Source of the DNA: Candidatus Latescibacterota bacterium
GTDB taxonomy: Bacteria > Latescibacterota > UBA2968 > UBA8231
DNA length: 64,000 bases
Direction of reading: 5' to 3'
NCBI GenBank assembly: GCA_964291625.2
Contig: OZ220089.1
Location: 2,432,001 to 2,496,000, forward strand
Part shown: piece after piece, positions 39,163-49,309 of the stretch
Layout: every line of letters begins with the position of its first letter
Numbering within the stretch: the first letter of the stretch is position 1
Notes under the pieces: generated by a model
Databases searched by the model: none
Seen by the model: the letters and a program-made list of their open reading frames with translations, nothing else
Told to the model about the DNA's origin: nothing
Made by a program: the position numbers and the translations under genes

Positions 39163-40119
39163 ATGGCCCTGTACGTAGTCACCGGAGGCGCCGGCTTCAT
39201 CGGTTCGCATCTCGTGGAGGCGCTGCTCGAAGGCGGGGACCGCGTCCGCGTGTTCGACGATTTCTCCACGGGCCGGCGCGAGAACCTGGAGCCTTTCCTC
39301 GGCCGCATCGACCTGATCGAGGGGGATCTGCGCCGACTCGACGACCTGCGCCGCGCCTTCGACGGCGCCCACTACGTCCTCCACCAGGCGGCCCTGAGCT
39401 CGGTTCCCCGGTCGGTCGACGACCCGCTGTCCACGAACGAGGTCAACGTGGGCGGCACCCTGAACGTGCTCCAGGCGGCCCGGGAATCGGGAGTGAGGCG
39501 GGTGGTGAACGCGTCGTCCTCCTCGGTGTACGGCGATCTCGACGACTTCCCGCTGCGGGAGGAAGCCGGCACCGAACCGATGTCGCCGTACGCGGTCTCG
39601 AAGCTGGCGGGGGAGAAGTACTGCAAGGTCTTCACCAGTCTCCATGGTCTCGAGACCGTCTCCCTGCGCTACTTCAACGTCTTCGGCCCCCGCATGGATC
39701 CCATGTCGGACTACGCCGCCTTCGTGGCCATTTTCACCGCCGGGCTGCTCCAAGGCCGGCCCCTGACGGTCTTCGGCGACGGGTCCATCGCCCGGGATTG
39801 GACTTTCGTCGACAACGTGGTCGACGCCAACCTGCGCGCCGCCACCGCCGAGGAGGCATCGGGCGAGTCCTTCAACGTCGCCTGCGGCGCCTGCTGGTCG
39901 CTGAACGAGGTGATCGAGGTGCTCCGTGACCTGACCGACGTGGACGGCGACATCCGCTATGGGCCGGGGCGGCCGGGAGACGTGGCCAAGACCCTGGCCT
40001 CCACCGAGAAGGCGCAGCGGCTGCTGGGCTACGAGCCGGCGGTGGCCGCTCGCGAGGGACTCGAGCGCACCGTGGCCTGGTTCCGCGTGCACGGCCTCAA
40101 CGGCCGCCTGGGAACCTGA
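39163..40119 (+). CDS. NAD-dependent UDP-sugar epimerase/dehydratase (extended SDR, WbpP-like)
   Basis: VTGGAGFIGSH, HQAA..SVPRSV.DP, ASSSSVYG, SPYAVSK, LRYFNVFGPR, R.GDV. Confidence 0.93.
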   Translation: MALYVVTGGAGFIGSHLVEALLEGGDRVRVFDDFSTGRRENLEPFLGRIDLIEGDLRRLDDLRRAFDGAHYVLHQAALSSVPRSVDDPLSTNEVNVGGTLNVLQAARESGVRRVVNASSSSVYGDLDDFPLREEAGTEPMSPYAVSKLAGEKYCKVFTSLHGLETVSLRYFNVFGPRMDPMSDYAAFVAIFTAGLLQGRPLTVFGDGSIARDWTFVDNVVDANLRAATAEEASGESFNVACGACWSLNEVIEVLRDLTDVDGDIRYGPGRPGDVAKTLASTEKAQRLLGYEPAVAAREGLERTVAWFRVHGLNGRLGT

Positions 40120-40158
40120 AGAGGCCGCCGACGCCGCCGGGCATGGGGAGAGTGACGC

Positions 40159-40793
40159 GTGATCGAGCAGGCCCGGAGGGTACTGGTCCTCGCCCCGCAT
40201 ACGGATGACGGTGAGTTCGGTTGCGGAGCCACGATGGCGCGGTTGATCGGCGACGGAGTCCGGGTCAAGTATGTCGCCTTCTCCATCTCGGAGGAGTCGG
40301 TCTCCGACGATCTGCCGCGGGACATCCTGGCCACGGAGGTATCGAAGGCGGCCTCCGTCCTGGGCATCGGGCCGGAGGACCTGGTCGTGGAGAGATTCCC
40401 GGTGCGCCACTTCCCCAGCCACCGGCAGGGGATCCTCGAACGGATGGTGGACCTCAACAACGAGTACGATCCGGACCTCGTCTTCATCCCTTCGCCGAAC
40501 GATACCCACCAGGACCACCAGGTGGTTGCCCAGGAGGGCTTTCGTGCCTTCAAGAAGACCAGCCTCCTCGGCTACGAGGTGCCTTGGAACAACCTGACCT
40601 TCAACACCAACGCCTTCTGCGTCGTCACCGAGGACCACATGCGGACGAAGCTGAAGGCTTGAAGTGCTACTACTCCCAGCTGGGGCGCCACTACGTCAAC
40701 GACGAGTTCATCCTGAGCTGGGCTCGGACCCGGGGAGGACAGATCGGCGAAGCCTTCGCGGAGAGCTTCGAGGTGATCCGGTGGAGACTCTGA
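40159..40793 (+). pseudogene. PIG-L family deacetylase, frameshifted near 40658
   Basis: LAPHTDDGEFGCG, DTHQDH, YEVPWN. After KLKA the conserved tail LKCYYSQ...RGGQIG..FAESFEVIRW continues in another frame. Confidence 0.8.
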
Positions 40794-40829
40794 TCCCCGA
40801 CCGGATGCCCGCGCCGGGGTGACGCCGCC

Positions 40830-41975
40830 TTGACCCGCTGGACCGCCAGGGCCGGCGTCGCCCTCCTCTCCGCCGCGGTGGTCCTGATCCTGGCGGAAAT
40901 ACTGCTGCCCCTGATCCTCACCCTCGAGCAGGCGACGTTGCGGTACGACGCGCTCCTCGGCTTCCGCGGGCGGCCTCACCTCGACATCGCCTGGACCCGG
41001 GAGATGGAAGGGGCAGAGAGCCGGGTGAGGACCAACCGCCTGGGATTCCACGATCACGAGCGCGACATGGCCCCGTCCCCCGGCACCCGGCGGATCCTCT
41101 TTCTCGGCGACTCGTTCCTCGAGGCCTACCAGTCAGGCATCGACGAGAACTTCTCCCAGCGCCTGGCGCGGAACCTGGCGCGCGGCGGCGAGGTGAGGGT
41201 GGAGGCCCTGAACTGGGGCGTCCACGGCTACGGCCTCGGTTCCCACTTCCTCAGCGTCCGCGAACATGTCGCGGCCTGGAAACCGGACACGGTGGTCCTC
41301 GTCCTGTTCCTCGGCAACGACCTGCAGGACAACTACGCTCCTCTCGCCTCGGCCTCGGTCCCCCGTTTCGAGGTTGTGGCCGACTCCCTGGTCTACTCCC
41401 CGGCGCCGCCGTACACCCTGCGGTTCTGGCTGCGCGACAACGTCCTGGCGCGCTCCGCCACCGCCCGGCTGGTCTGGATGTACGGGGTCAAGAGCCGCCC
41501 GGAGATCGCGGCCGTGGCCCGCGGGGCGGGCCTGATCGCCTCGCCGGAGAGCAGGACCACCGATGACCACCTGGCGGGGATGACCGCCCTGGCCCGGCCG
41601 CTGCTGGACGGGATCGCCGCCCACCTGCGGATACAGGGGATCGGCCTCTTCGTGTACCTGATCCCCGATCCCCTGCTGGTGCGGGACGTCATCGACATCC
41701 GCCGCCACCGCCGCGACCCGGGCGCCCCCGTGCCCGTCTACCGCAGGGACAGGGAGTTCATCGAGTCCCGGGTTCTGGACGCGCTGGCGCAACTGCGGAT
41801 CGATCACGTCCATCCCCGGGAGCGGTTCATCGAGCACATCGAGGCGGGCCGGGAGATCTACCGGGGCGGCTACGGACACTTCACAGCCCTCGGCCACGAA
41901 CTGTCGGCGCGGATCCTGACCCGCCACCTCGCCCCGTCCCTCGACCCCTCTAGCCCCGCCCCCGTCCGGAGATGA
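40830..41975 (+). CDS. SGNH/GDSL hydrolase-family protein
   Basis: N-terminal TM, RTNRLGF.D, FLGDSF, NWGVHGYG, FLGND, GHFT.LGH. Confidence 0.85.
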   Translation: MTRWTARAGVALLSAAVVLILAEILLPLILTLEQATLRYDALLGFRGRPHLDIAWTREMEGAESRVRTNRLGFHDHERDMAPSPGTRRILFLGDSFLEAYQSGIDENFSQRLARNLARGGEVRVEALNWGVHGYGLGSHFLSVREHVAAWKPDTVVLVLFLGNDLQDNYAPLASASVPRFEVVADSLVYSPAPPYTLRFWLRDNVLARSATARLVWMYGVKSRPEIAAVARGAGLIASPESRTTDDHLAGMTALARPLLDGIAAHLRIQGIGLFVYLIPDPLLVRDVIDIRRHRRDPGAPVPVYRRDREFIESRVLDALAQLRIDHVHPRERFIEHIEAGREIYRGGYGHFTALGHELSARILTRHLAPSLDPSSPAPVRR

Positions 41976-42829
41976 ACATGCCGCGGTCAGCCCACAGAAT
42001 CATCGACGCCCACATCCACGTCTGGACCGACGACTTCGCCCGCTACCCGCTGGCCCCGGGGATCAAGGAGGAGGACCTCTGGCTCCCTACCTTCACCCCC
42101 CAGGAGTACTTCCGCTACAGCCGCGCCGTCGGCGACGTTCGCGTCAACCTCGTGCAGATGACCTGGTACGGGACGGATCACAGCTACATCCTCGACCTGA
42201 TCGCCGCCGACCCCGAGACGTTTTCCGGCACCGGGATCGTCAGCCTCGACGACCCCGCCCCGGACCGGACCATGCTCGACCTCGCGGGGAAGGGATGCCG
42301 TGCCTTCCGGGAGCCTCCGTCGCACCTCGAACACCCGGCCTTCGAGAAGCTGTTCTCCACCGGGGCGGACCAGAACCTCGCCATCAGCTTCAACATGCGC
42401 GTCGACCGGCTGCCCGCCCTGGACCGTCTGTGCACCCGCCACCCCGAGACCCCGGTGATCCTCGACCACGTCTGCCACGTCGGCATCAGGGAAGCTGACT
42501 ACAGCGAGGACGATCTCGAGGCCCTGCTCCGCTTCGCCAGGCACAGGAAGGTGATGGTCAAGATCGGACCGCTTCAGGCACTATGCTCCCGGCGTGCTCC
42601 CTACCTCGACGCGCTCCCCCTCATACAGCGCGTCGTGGAGTCCTACGGGGCCGATCGCTGCATGTGGGAGAGCGACAGCGGCGGACCGATCACAATGGAG
42701 GATCCCATGACGGACTATCCGGCGGCGGTGGCCCTCATCCGGGATCACGCCAGCTTCCTCAGCCAGGCCGAGAGGGAGGCGCTCCTGTGGGGGACGGCGG
42801 AGGGCTTCTTCTTCCGCGGGAGGAGTTGA
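41972..42829 (+). CDS. Amidohydrolase_2 family protein
   Basis: IIDAHIHVW, VILDH, VKIG, YGADRCMWESD. Confidence 0.9.
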   Translation: MNMPRSAHRIIDAHIHVWTDDFARYPLAPGIKEEDLWLPTFTPQEYFRYSRAVGDVRVNLVQMTWYGTDHSYILDLIAADPETFSGTGIVSLDDPAPDRTMLDLAGKGCRAFREPPSHLEHPAFEKLFSTGADQNLAISFNMRVDRLPALDRLCTRHPETPVILDHVCHVGIREADYSEDDLEALLRFARHRKVMVKIGPLQALCSRRAPYLDALPLIQRVVESYGADRCMWESDSGGPITMEDPMTDYPAAVALIRDHASFLSQAEREALLWGTAEGFFFRGRS

Positions 42830-42833
42830 ACCC

Positions 42834-44027
42834 ATGGCCGCCGAAACGATGCCGAGGAACCCTCTCCTGGCCGTGGTGAGCGACCCCGACGCGGCGCGCG
42901 TGCTCGACGGACCGTCGCACGTGCTCGCCCGGGCGACCCGTCCTGACTTCCTCGACAACCCACGCTCCCCGGTGGAGTGGTCGGCGGGCGACTGGAGCGA
43001 CCTGGAGGCCGAGCGGGACGACCTGCTCGACCTGGCGGCGGTGGAAGAGCAGTTCGACCGCGGCGACTTCCTCCTGGATGGGTACGCTGTCTTCGAAGGG
43101 GTCGTCAGGCCCAGGGCCCGCGAGCGCTGGCTGGCGGCGCTGGCACGGGGACAGTTCCTCAACGACACGCTGCTCCGGGCCGACTGGTCGGCGATCGACT
43201 GGCACGGCCTCGGCCGCCGGCCGCCGTGGGAGAAGGTCCCCGCCGCGCACCTGGAGAAGGCCCTCGGGGGCAGTCAGAAAGTGCCCCAGGGCACCGACGC
43301 CGCGGGGGTCCTCACCCTGAGGCTGCACTCGGTCTTCGCCGAGTATTTCCCGGCCGGCCACCTGCCCTTCCTGGCCGAGGTCCTCACGCACCCGGACATG
43401 CTTGCCCTGCAGCGCCTCTGCCTCGGCAGCGATACCCTCTTCTTCGACCACAACCAGCTGCTCTCGCGTCCACCCGGCTACGCCGGCGGGGCCTGGCACA
43501 GCCATCGGCTTGGCGCCGGCTGCGACCTCGGCACGGTCCTCCCCGACGAGTACGACCGCCAGCCGAACCTGCTCCTGACCCTCTGCTATCTGAACGGCTT
43601 CGACGCCGGGGACGACGGCGGCCTCAAGATCATCCGCGGCAGCCACCTCTTCCGCGACCCGGAAGGATGCCGTGCGGAGACGGACGCGGAGATGGCCCGC
43701 GGCTGGCTCGACGGCCGGGCCCACCCGGTCACCGGCCGACCCCTCGAGATGGAGCATCTCGCCCTGCCGGAGGGATCGGTGGTCTGCTGTCTGTCCCACG
43801 CGGCCCACGGGGTGGCGCCCAAGGCTGCCGGAAGGCAGACCCGCCTGTGTTCCCTGTTCTGCTACCGGAAGCCGTGGACCGACGGGAGCGCCCAGCCCCC
43901 CTGGGAGGTGCCCCCCGTCTGGGCGGTGAAGGCCCGGCGCGGGGAGCTTCCCCCCGTCCTGACGGAACTGCTCCGCCCCAGCTTCGACCGCGCTCTGACC
44001 CGCGGCAAGACTCGTTCGGACGAGTAG
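42834..44027 (+). CDS. PhyH-like dioxygenase with atypical HxH motif
   Basis: F.LDGYAV, FDHNQL, AWHSH, GGLKIIRGSH, SHAAHGV. Confidence 0.75.
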   Translation: MAAETMPRNPLLAVVSDPDAARVLDGPSHVLARATRPDFLDNPRSPVEWSAGDWSDLEAERDDLLDLAAVEEQFDRGDFLLDGYAVFEGVVRPRARERWLAALARGQFLNDTLLRADWSAIDWHGLGRRPPWEKVPAAHLEKALGGSQKVPQGTDAAGVLTLRLHSVFAEYFPAGHLPFLAEVLTHPDMLALQRLCLGSDTLFFDHNQLLSRPPGYAGGAWHSHRLGAGCDLGTVLPDEYDRQPNLLLTLCYLNGFDAGDDGGLKIIRGSHLFRDPEGCRAETDAEMARGWLDGRAHPVTGRPLEMEHLALPEGSVVCCLSHAAHGVAPKAAGRQTRLCSLFCYRKPWTDGSAQPPWEVPPVWAVKARRGELPPVLTELLRPSFDRALTRGKTRSDE

Positions 44028-44247
44028 CAGCCGGGGTGCGGCGATTGCCAATCCGAGGGAATTCCTTACATTCGTGCTCAAGCCGTCACGGGCCCGAGCT
44101 TCTCCCCTCGAAGGCGGTGGCGAGGAAACCGGGCGGCTTTGTCGAGTTGGCAGCAGCAGATTGCGGTAACTGAAGTTCCATCAGCTTGAGTCCGTTGCGC
44201 GCTCTGTCCAACGCTTTGTTTCACCCTTCTTGCGAAGGAGCCGGTAA

Positions 44248-44463
44248 GTGGCCGAGCGCGAAGTCGGAACCGTAAAATGGTTCAACGACGCCAAGGGCTA
44301 CGGCTTCATTCAGCGGGCGAACGGCACCGACGTCTTCGTCCACCACTCCGCGATCCAGATGGATGGGTTCCGGACGCTGGCCGAAGGTCAGCAGGTGGAG
44401 TTCGACGTGGTGCAGGGCCAAAAGGGCCCGGCCGCTGAGCGGGTGACGGCCGCCTCTGCCTGA
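44248..44463 (+). CDS. cspA: Cold-shock protein
   Basis: [31 protein letters not shown]; AAGGAG RBS. Confidence 0.96.
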   Translation: MAEREVGTVKWFNDAKGYGFIQRANGTDVFVHHSAIQMDGFRTLAEGQQVEFDVVQGQKGPAAERVTAASA

Positions 44464-44496
44464 GGAGGCACGTCGCCCGGCGAAGTCCGAGCGAAG

Positions 44497-44528
44497 CGGG
44501 GTCGGTGGTTTCACCGGCCCCGTTTTCT
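44497..44528 (+). terminator. Rho-independent terminator after csp
   Basis: CGGGGTCGGTG/CACCGGCCCCG stem followed by TTTTCT. Confidence 0.7.
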
Positions 44529-44552
44529 CGTTCTGCCCCGGCGACCAGGCGG

Positions 44553-45482
44553 TCAGGCTTCCACCGACCCCTCCGCCCAGTCACGGGGCCGCAGGAACTC
44601 CTCGTAGAGCCGCGCCTCCGGTGTGCCGGCCTCCGGCCGCCAGTCGTAGCGCCAGCCCACCTTCGGCGGCATCGACACCAGGATCGACTCGACTCGCCCG
44701 CCGGACTGCAGCCCGAAGAGGGTGCCGCGGTCGTAGAGCAGGTTGAACTCGACGTAGCGCCCCCGCCGGTAGAGCTGGAAGTCCCGCTCGCGCCGGCCGT
44801 GGGGCGTGTCCTTGCGTCTATCCAGAATCGGCCCGTACGCCTTCATGTAGTGGTCGCCCACGGAGCGGGTGAAAGCGAAGGCCCTGTCGAAGCCGCCCTC
44901 GTCGAAGTCGTCGAAGAACAGGCCGCCGATGCCCCGGGCCTCGCCGCGGTGCTTCAGGTGGAAGTACTCGTCGCACCACTTCTTGAAGCGGGGGTACAGC
45001 GCGGGTCCGAAGGGCTCGCAGGCCGCCCGCGCCATCCGGTGCCAGTCCACCGCGTCGGCCTCGAACCCGTAGAACGGAGTCAGGTCGAAGCCGCCGCCGA
45101 ACCACCACGCCGGCTCGGAAACCCCCTGGGGATCGGTGGCGAGAAAGAACCGCACATTGAGGTGGGAAGTCGGCGCGTAGGGGTTGAGGGGGTGTACGAT
45201 GACGGAGACACCCATGGCCTCGAAGGCCCGTCCCGCCAGTTCCGGGCGCCGCGCCGAGGCCGCGGGGGGCAGCCGTCCGCCGGTCACGCGCGAGAGGTTG
45301 ACGCCGCTCTTCTCGATCACGGCCCCGCCCTCGAGCACGCGGCTCACCCCGCCGCCGCCGTCATCGCGGCTCCAGGCGTCCTCGCGGAAGGCGGCCCCCC
45401 CTCCGTCGATCTCCTCGAGGTGGGCGCAGATGCCGTCCTGCAACCCTCGGAGATAGGAGAAGACCTCTTCGACCTCGGGCAC
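44553..45482 (-). CDS. hemF: Oxygen-dependent coproporphyrinogen III oxidase
   Basis: [55 protein letters not shown]. Confidence 0.97.
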   Translation of the reverse strand: MPEVEEVFSYLRGLQDGICAHLEEIDGGGAAFREDAWSRDDGGGGVSRVLEGGAVIEKSGVNLSRVTGGRLPPAASARRPELAGRAFEAMGVSVIVHPLNPYAPTSHLNVRFFLATDPQGVSEPAWWFGGGFDLTPFYGFEADAVDWHRMARAACEPFGPALYPRFKKWCDEYFHLKHRGEARGIGGLFFDDFDEGGFDRAFAFTRSVGDHYMKAYGPILDRRKDTPHGRRERDFQLYRRGRYVEFNLLYDRGTLFGLQSGGRVESILVSMPPKVGWRYDWRPEAGTPEARLYEEFLRPRDWAEGSVEA

Positions 45483-45592
45483 CTTGACCCTCCCAGTCGC
45501 TTTGGGGAGATTCCGCCGCCACAACCTGCCCGCCTCTCCAGCAGGTGTCAATCCGCCGCCCGCACGCCCGAGTTCACCCAGGATCCGCCCCC

Positions 45593-46579
45593 ATGCTGAT
45601 CGGCACCCGCATCTCCCCGGACTGGCTCGAGCGACCCGACGACCTGCGTTTCCTCAAGCAGATCGGCGTCGACGTGGTCGACATCACCATGTCCCTGATC
45701 CCGGGCTACGACGAGACCGGCCGCCTCGGCCGCGAAGGGGTCGAGCGGGCCGTCGAGCTCCTCGCCGCGGCCGACCTGCGCATCGAGCGCATCAACAGCA
45801 CCGGCGACATGACCCGCAGGACCTTCCTCGGACTACCCGGCTCCGAGGAGGAGCTGGACAACCTGGCCCACAACACCCGGGTCTGCTGCGACTTCGGCCT
45901 GCCCGTCCTCGGGGTGCAGTGCTTCCAGGGCGGCAGCTTCGGTCACTTTGCCGGGCCCGCCCACAGCTGGGTCGAAGGTCGGGGCGGCTACCAGTACCTG
46001 CGCTCCGACCTGTCGGAAGCGCTGCGGGACCGCCCGCCGCCGGAGGGCGCGCCCACGGCCGATCAGCTCTGGGAGCGGACCCTGCGCATCTTCGAGCGGG
46101 TCGTGCCGATCGCCGAGAGCGGCGGCGTGCTCGTCGCCATGCACGGCAACGATCCCCCCGTGCCCGCCCTCTACGGCGTACCCCAGATCCTCTACGACTT
46201 CGACTGCTTCGACCGCCTCTTCCGGGAGATCGACTCGCCGAACATGGGCATGACCTTCTGCGTCGGGACCCGCTACGAGTCGGGCCAGGACGTCTTCGAG
46301 GGCATCCGGCGTTTCGGTGAGCGCGGGAAGATCTTCCACGTCCATTTCCGCAACGTCCACGGCCGCATTCCGGTCGATGGCTGGTACGAGGAGCGCGCCC
46401 CCGACGAGGGCGATCTGTCGATGTTCGAGGTCGCCCGGGCCCTGCGGGGCGTCGGCTACGAGCGCGCAATCGATTATGACCACATCATGCGCCTGGTCGG
46501 AGACGAGGCCGGCAAGGCCTACATCGCCTTCTGCGTCGGCCACAGCAAGGGGATCCTCGAAGGGTTGCGAGGCCCGTGA
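45593..46579 (+). CDS. Mannonate dehydratase (UxuA)-like protein
   Basis: [38 protein letters not shown]. Confidence 0.8.
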   Translation: MLIGTRISPDWLERPDDLRFLKQIGVDVVDITMSLIPGYDETGRLGREGVERAVELLAAADLRIERINSTGDMTRRTFLGLPGSEEELDNLAHNTRVCCDFGLPVLGVQCFQGGSFGHFAGPAHSWVEGRGGYQYLRSDLSEALRDRPPPEGAPTADQLWERTLRIFERVVPIAESGGVLVAMHGNDPPVPALYGVPQILYDFDCFDRLFREIDSPNMGMTFCVGTRYESGQDVFEGIRRFGERGKIFHVHFRNVHGRIPVDGWYEERAPDEGDLSMFEVARALRGVGYERAIDYDHIMRLVGDEAGKAYIAFCVGHSKGILEGLRGP

Positions 46580-48099
46580 AGATCGCCCTCGGCTCGGTCC
46601 TGACCGAGTGCAACCAGTTCGGGGGCTCGCCGATCGACCTCGACTGGTTCGCCCGATACGAGCTCTGCCGCGGCGACGAGGTCCTCGGCCTGGAAGCCGG
46701 CGTCGTCGGGGGGGCGCTGCAGTTCCTGCACTCGGCCGGCGCCGACGTCGCTCCCCTGATCTCGGCCAGCACCTGCCCCGGCGGCTGCATCACCGCCGAC
46801 TGCTACCAGTACCTGCGGGGTGAGCTGCTCAGCCGGCTCTCGCGGGCCCTGCCCGTCGACGGGGTCCTGCTCGGCCTCCACGGAAGCGCCGTCGCCGAGG
46901 GCGCCGAGGACGTCGAAGGAGATCTGATCTCCGCGGTACGGGCCCTCGTGGGCCCCGCTGTCCCCGTGGCGGCCACCCTCGACCTGCACGCCCACGTGAC
47001 CCGCGCCATGGTCGAGAACGCCCACGGCCTGGTGGCCTGGTCCACCTACCCGCACCGGGACGCCGCCGGCACCGGAGAGCGCGGCGCCCGCCTCCTCCTC
47101 GACATCGCCGGGGGACGCTGCCGCCCCGCGATGGCACTGGCCAAGGTGCCCGTCATCGTCGGGGGCATCAACGGCTCCACCGACGGAGACGGCCCCTTCG
47201 CCCGCATGATGCGGGATCTGCGCCGCGACGAAGCCGGGGCGGGCGTGCTGTCGGCCAGCCTGTTCCTCGTGCATCCCTTCCTCGACCAGCCGGACCTGGG
47301 CGGCGGCGGCCTCTTCGTCGTCGACGGCGACATGGACCGCGCCCGGCGCCTGGCCGTCGGGACGGCGCGGGACTACTGGCGCCACCGCCGCGAGCTCGAA
47401 GCCGCCGCCCTCTCGCCGGAGGCGGCGATCCGTGCCGGCCTGGAGAGCGGCGGCCGGCCCGTCGTCCTGATCGAGGCCGCCGACTGCGCCGGCGGCGGCG
47501 CATCGGGCGACAGCGTCGCCTCCCTGGCCGCCCTGCTCGCCTTGGACGACCCGCCGCCGGCCCTCCTGCCCGTGGTCGATCCCGAGGCGGCCGCGGACTG
47601 CCATCGGGCCGGCCCCGGAGCCGAGGTCTCCACTTCCCTCGGCCACAAGCTCGACCCCGCCTGGGGCCGGCCGATCAAGGTGCGCGGCCTCGTGGAGAGC
47701 CTCCACGACGGACGCTTCCGCTACACCGGCGGCATCTGGGACGGCGTGGAGGGAGAGATGGGGCCGACGGCCGTGCTGTCCATCGGAGTGGTGCGGGTGC
47801 TGGTCACCAGCCACGCCACCTACGATTGGGCCGACGAGCAGTGGAGGGCCGTGGGGATCGACCCGAGGCAGACGAAGTTCGTCGTCGCCAAGAATCCGAT
47901 GAACTTCCACAACGTCTACGACGACGTGGCCGCCGCTTTCCACGTCCTCGACACCCCGGGCCCCACACCGGCCACCATCCGCAACCATCCTCTGCGGCGC
48001 ATGCCCCGCCCCTATTTCCCCGTGGACGAAGAGATCCCCGGTCTGGAGCCGACGGTCTGGACGAACGCCGCTCTGCTGGCCGCGGGGACCGGCCTCTGA
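46576..48099 (+). CDS. M81 family metallopeptidase (MlrC-like)
   Basis: LTECNQF, LGLHGS, DVEGD, TLDLHA, TYPH.D, D.AGGGA.GD, VVAK. Confidence 0.9.
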   Translation: MKIALGSVLTECNQFGGSPIDLDWFARYELCRGDEVLGLEAGVVGGALQFLHSAGADVAPLISASTCPGGCITADCYQYLRGELLSRLSRALPVDGVLLGLHGSAVAEGAEDVEGDLISAVRALVGPAVPVAATLDLHAHVTRAMVENAHGLVAWSTYPHRDAAGTGERGARLLLDIAGGRCRPAMALAKVPVIVGGINGSTDGDGPFARMMRDLRRDEAGAGVLSASLFLVHPFLDQPDLGGGGLFVVDGDMDRARRLAVGTARDYWRHRRELEAAALSPEAAIRAGLESGGRPVVLIEAADCAGGGASGDSVASLAALLALDDPPPALLPVVDPEAAADCHRAGPGAEVSTSLGHKLDPAWGRPIKVRGLVESLHDGRFRYTGGIWDGVEGEMGPTAVLSIGVVRVLVTSHATYDWADEQWRAVGIDPRQTKFVVAKNPMNFHNVYDDVAAAFHVLDTPGPTPATIRNHPLRRMPRPYFPVDEEIPGLEPTVWTNAALLAAGTGL

Positions 48100-48201
48100 C
48101 GGTTGCTGTCCCCGGGCGGCGTCGGTTAGCTTACGCGCCACCATGGGAATCGACTGGGTCCGCTCTCCCCGACGCCCGCGCCGGCCATCGGAGGCTGCCT
48201 G

Positions 48202-49305
48202 ATGGCCGCGGCCCTCGGCGTCGCCATCATCGGCACCGGCCGTGTCGGCTACCAGTTCTCCTTCGGGGACCTGCCCGACAACCACGCCGAAGCCGTGGCC
48301 GCCTGCGAGGACGTGCGCCTCGTGGCCGGGGTCAATCGCGGCCTCGACAAGCTCGAGGCCTTCGGGCAGCGCTTCGGCGTCGACGCCCTCTTCCACGACT
48401 ACCGGCAGATGCTGGAGCGGGCGGCGCCGGAGATCGTCGTCGTCGCCACCCATCCCGAGCTGCACTGCGAGATGGTCCTCGACTGCGCCGCGGCGCCCTC
48501 GGTGCGCGCCATCATCTGCGAGAAGCCGATGGCCCTCTCCCTGGAGGAGTGCGACCGCATGATCGCCGCCTGCGAGCGCGAGTCCGTCCTCCTGCAGGTC
48601 AACCACAACCGGCGCTGGCACCCGGAGTGGCAGCTGGCCGGCCGGCTGCTCGGCGACGGCGCCATCGGCGAGCTGATCCACATCGACTGCTTCATGGACG
48701 GCTGCAAACCGGAGCCCTCCTGGCGCTCGGAAAACGAAGGGCCCCTGCTCCACGACTACACCCACTACTTCGACCTCATGGACCTCTACGGTGGGCCCGT
48801 GACCTGGCTCTGCGGCACCGCCGAGCAGAGGACCCGCCCCTGGGCGGTGGAGGACTACGCCGCCGCCTTCCTCAAGTTCGAGAGCGGCGTCACCGGGACG
48901 ATCCGGGGCGCAGAACTGACCACGTATTCTGACCACGGCTTCGAGCTGCGCGGTTCCACCGGCCTGATCCGCATGGTGGGGGAGCAGGTTCATCTGCAGC
49001 AGTCGCAGCAGGGCATGTACGAGCCCGACTCCGGGTTCCAGTGGAGCGACCTCGAGGCCGCCGAGGTCGAGCGGCCGGCGCCGGCCAGCACCTACGTCTC
49101 CGCCCTCCGGGAGTTGACCTCCGCCCTCGACGGAGAGGGTACCCTGCGCTCCGACGGCCGCGTCGGCCGCCGCTCCATGGAGCTGGTGACCGCCGTGTAC
49201 CAGTCGCAGCTCACCGGCAACCGGCCCGTCACCTTCCCGCTGAACAGGCTCGACAACGGCGTCGTGGCCCTGCGACAGGCCGGCACCTTCCGCGAGCGCG
49301 GCTGA
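48202..49305 (+). CDS. Gfo/Idh/MocA oxidoreductase
   Basis: IIGTG, ICEKPMA, VNHNRRW, THYFD. Confidence 0.92.
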   Translation: MAAALGVAIIGTGRVGYQFSFGDLPDNHAEAVAACEDVRLVAGVNRGLDKLEAFGQRFGVDALFHDYRQMLERAAPEIVVVATHPELHCEMVLDCAAAPSVRAIICEKPMALSLEECDRMIAACERESVLLQVNHNRRWHPEWQLAGRLLGDGAIGELIHIDCFMDGCKPEPSWRSENEGPLLHDYTHYFDLMDLYGGPVTWLCGTAEQRTRPWAVEDYAAAFLKFESGVTGTIRGAELTTYSDHGFELRGSTGLIRMVGEQVHLQQSQQGMYEPDSGFQWSDLEAAEVERPAPASTYVSALRELTSALDGEGTLRSDGRVGRRSMELVTAVYQSQLTGNRPVTFPLNRLDNGVVALRQAGTFRERG

Positions 49306-49309
49306 CCAC

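Noticed and set aside
40657-40665. In-frame TGA in the PIG-L gene as selenocysteine or readthrough
   Set aside because: The conserved C-terminus continues in a different frame, so this is an indel rather than readthrough.
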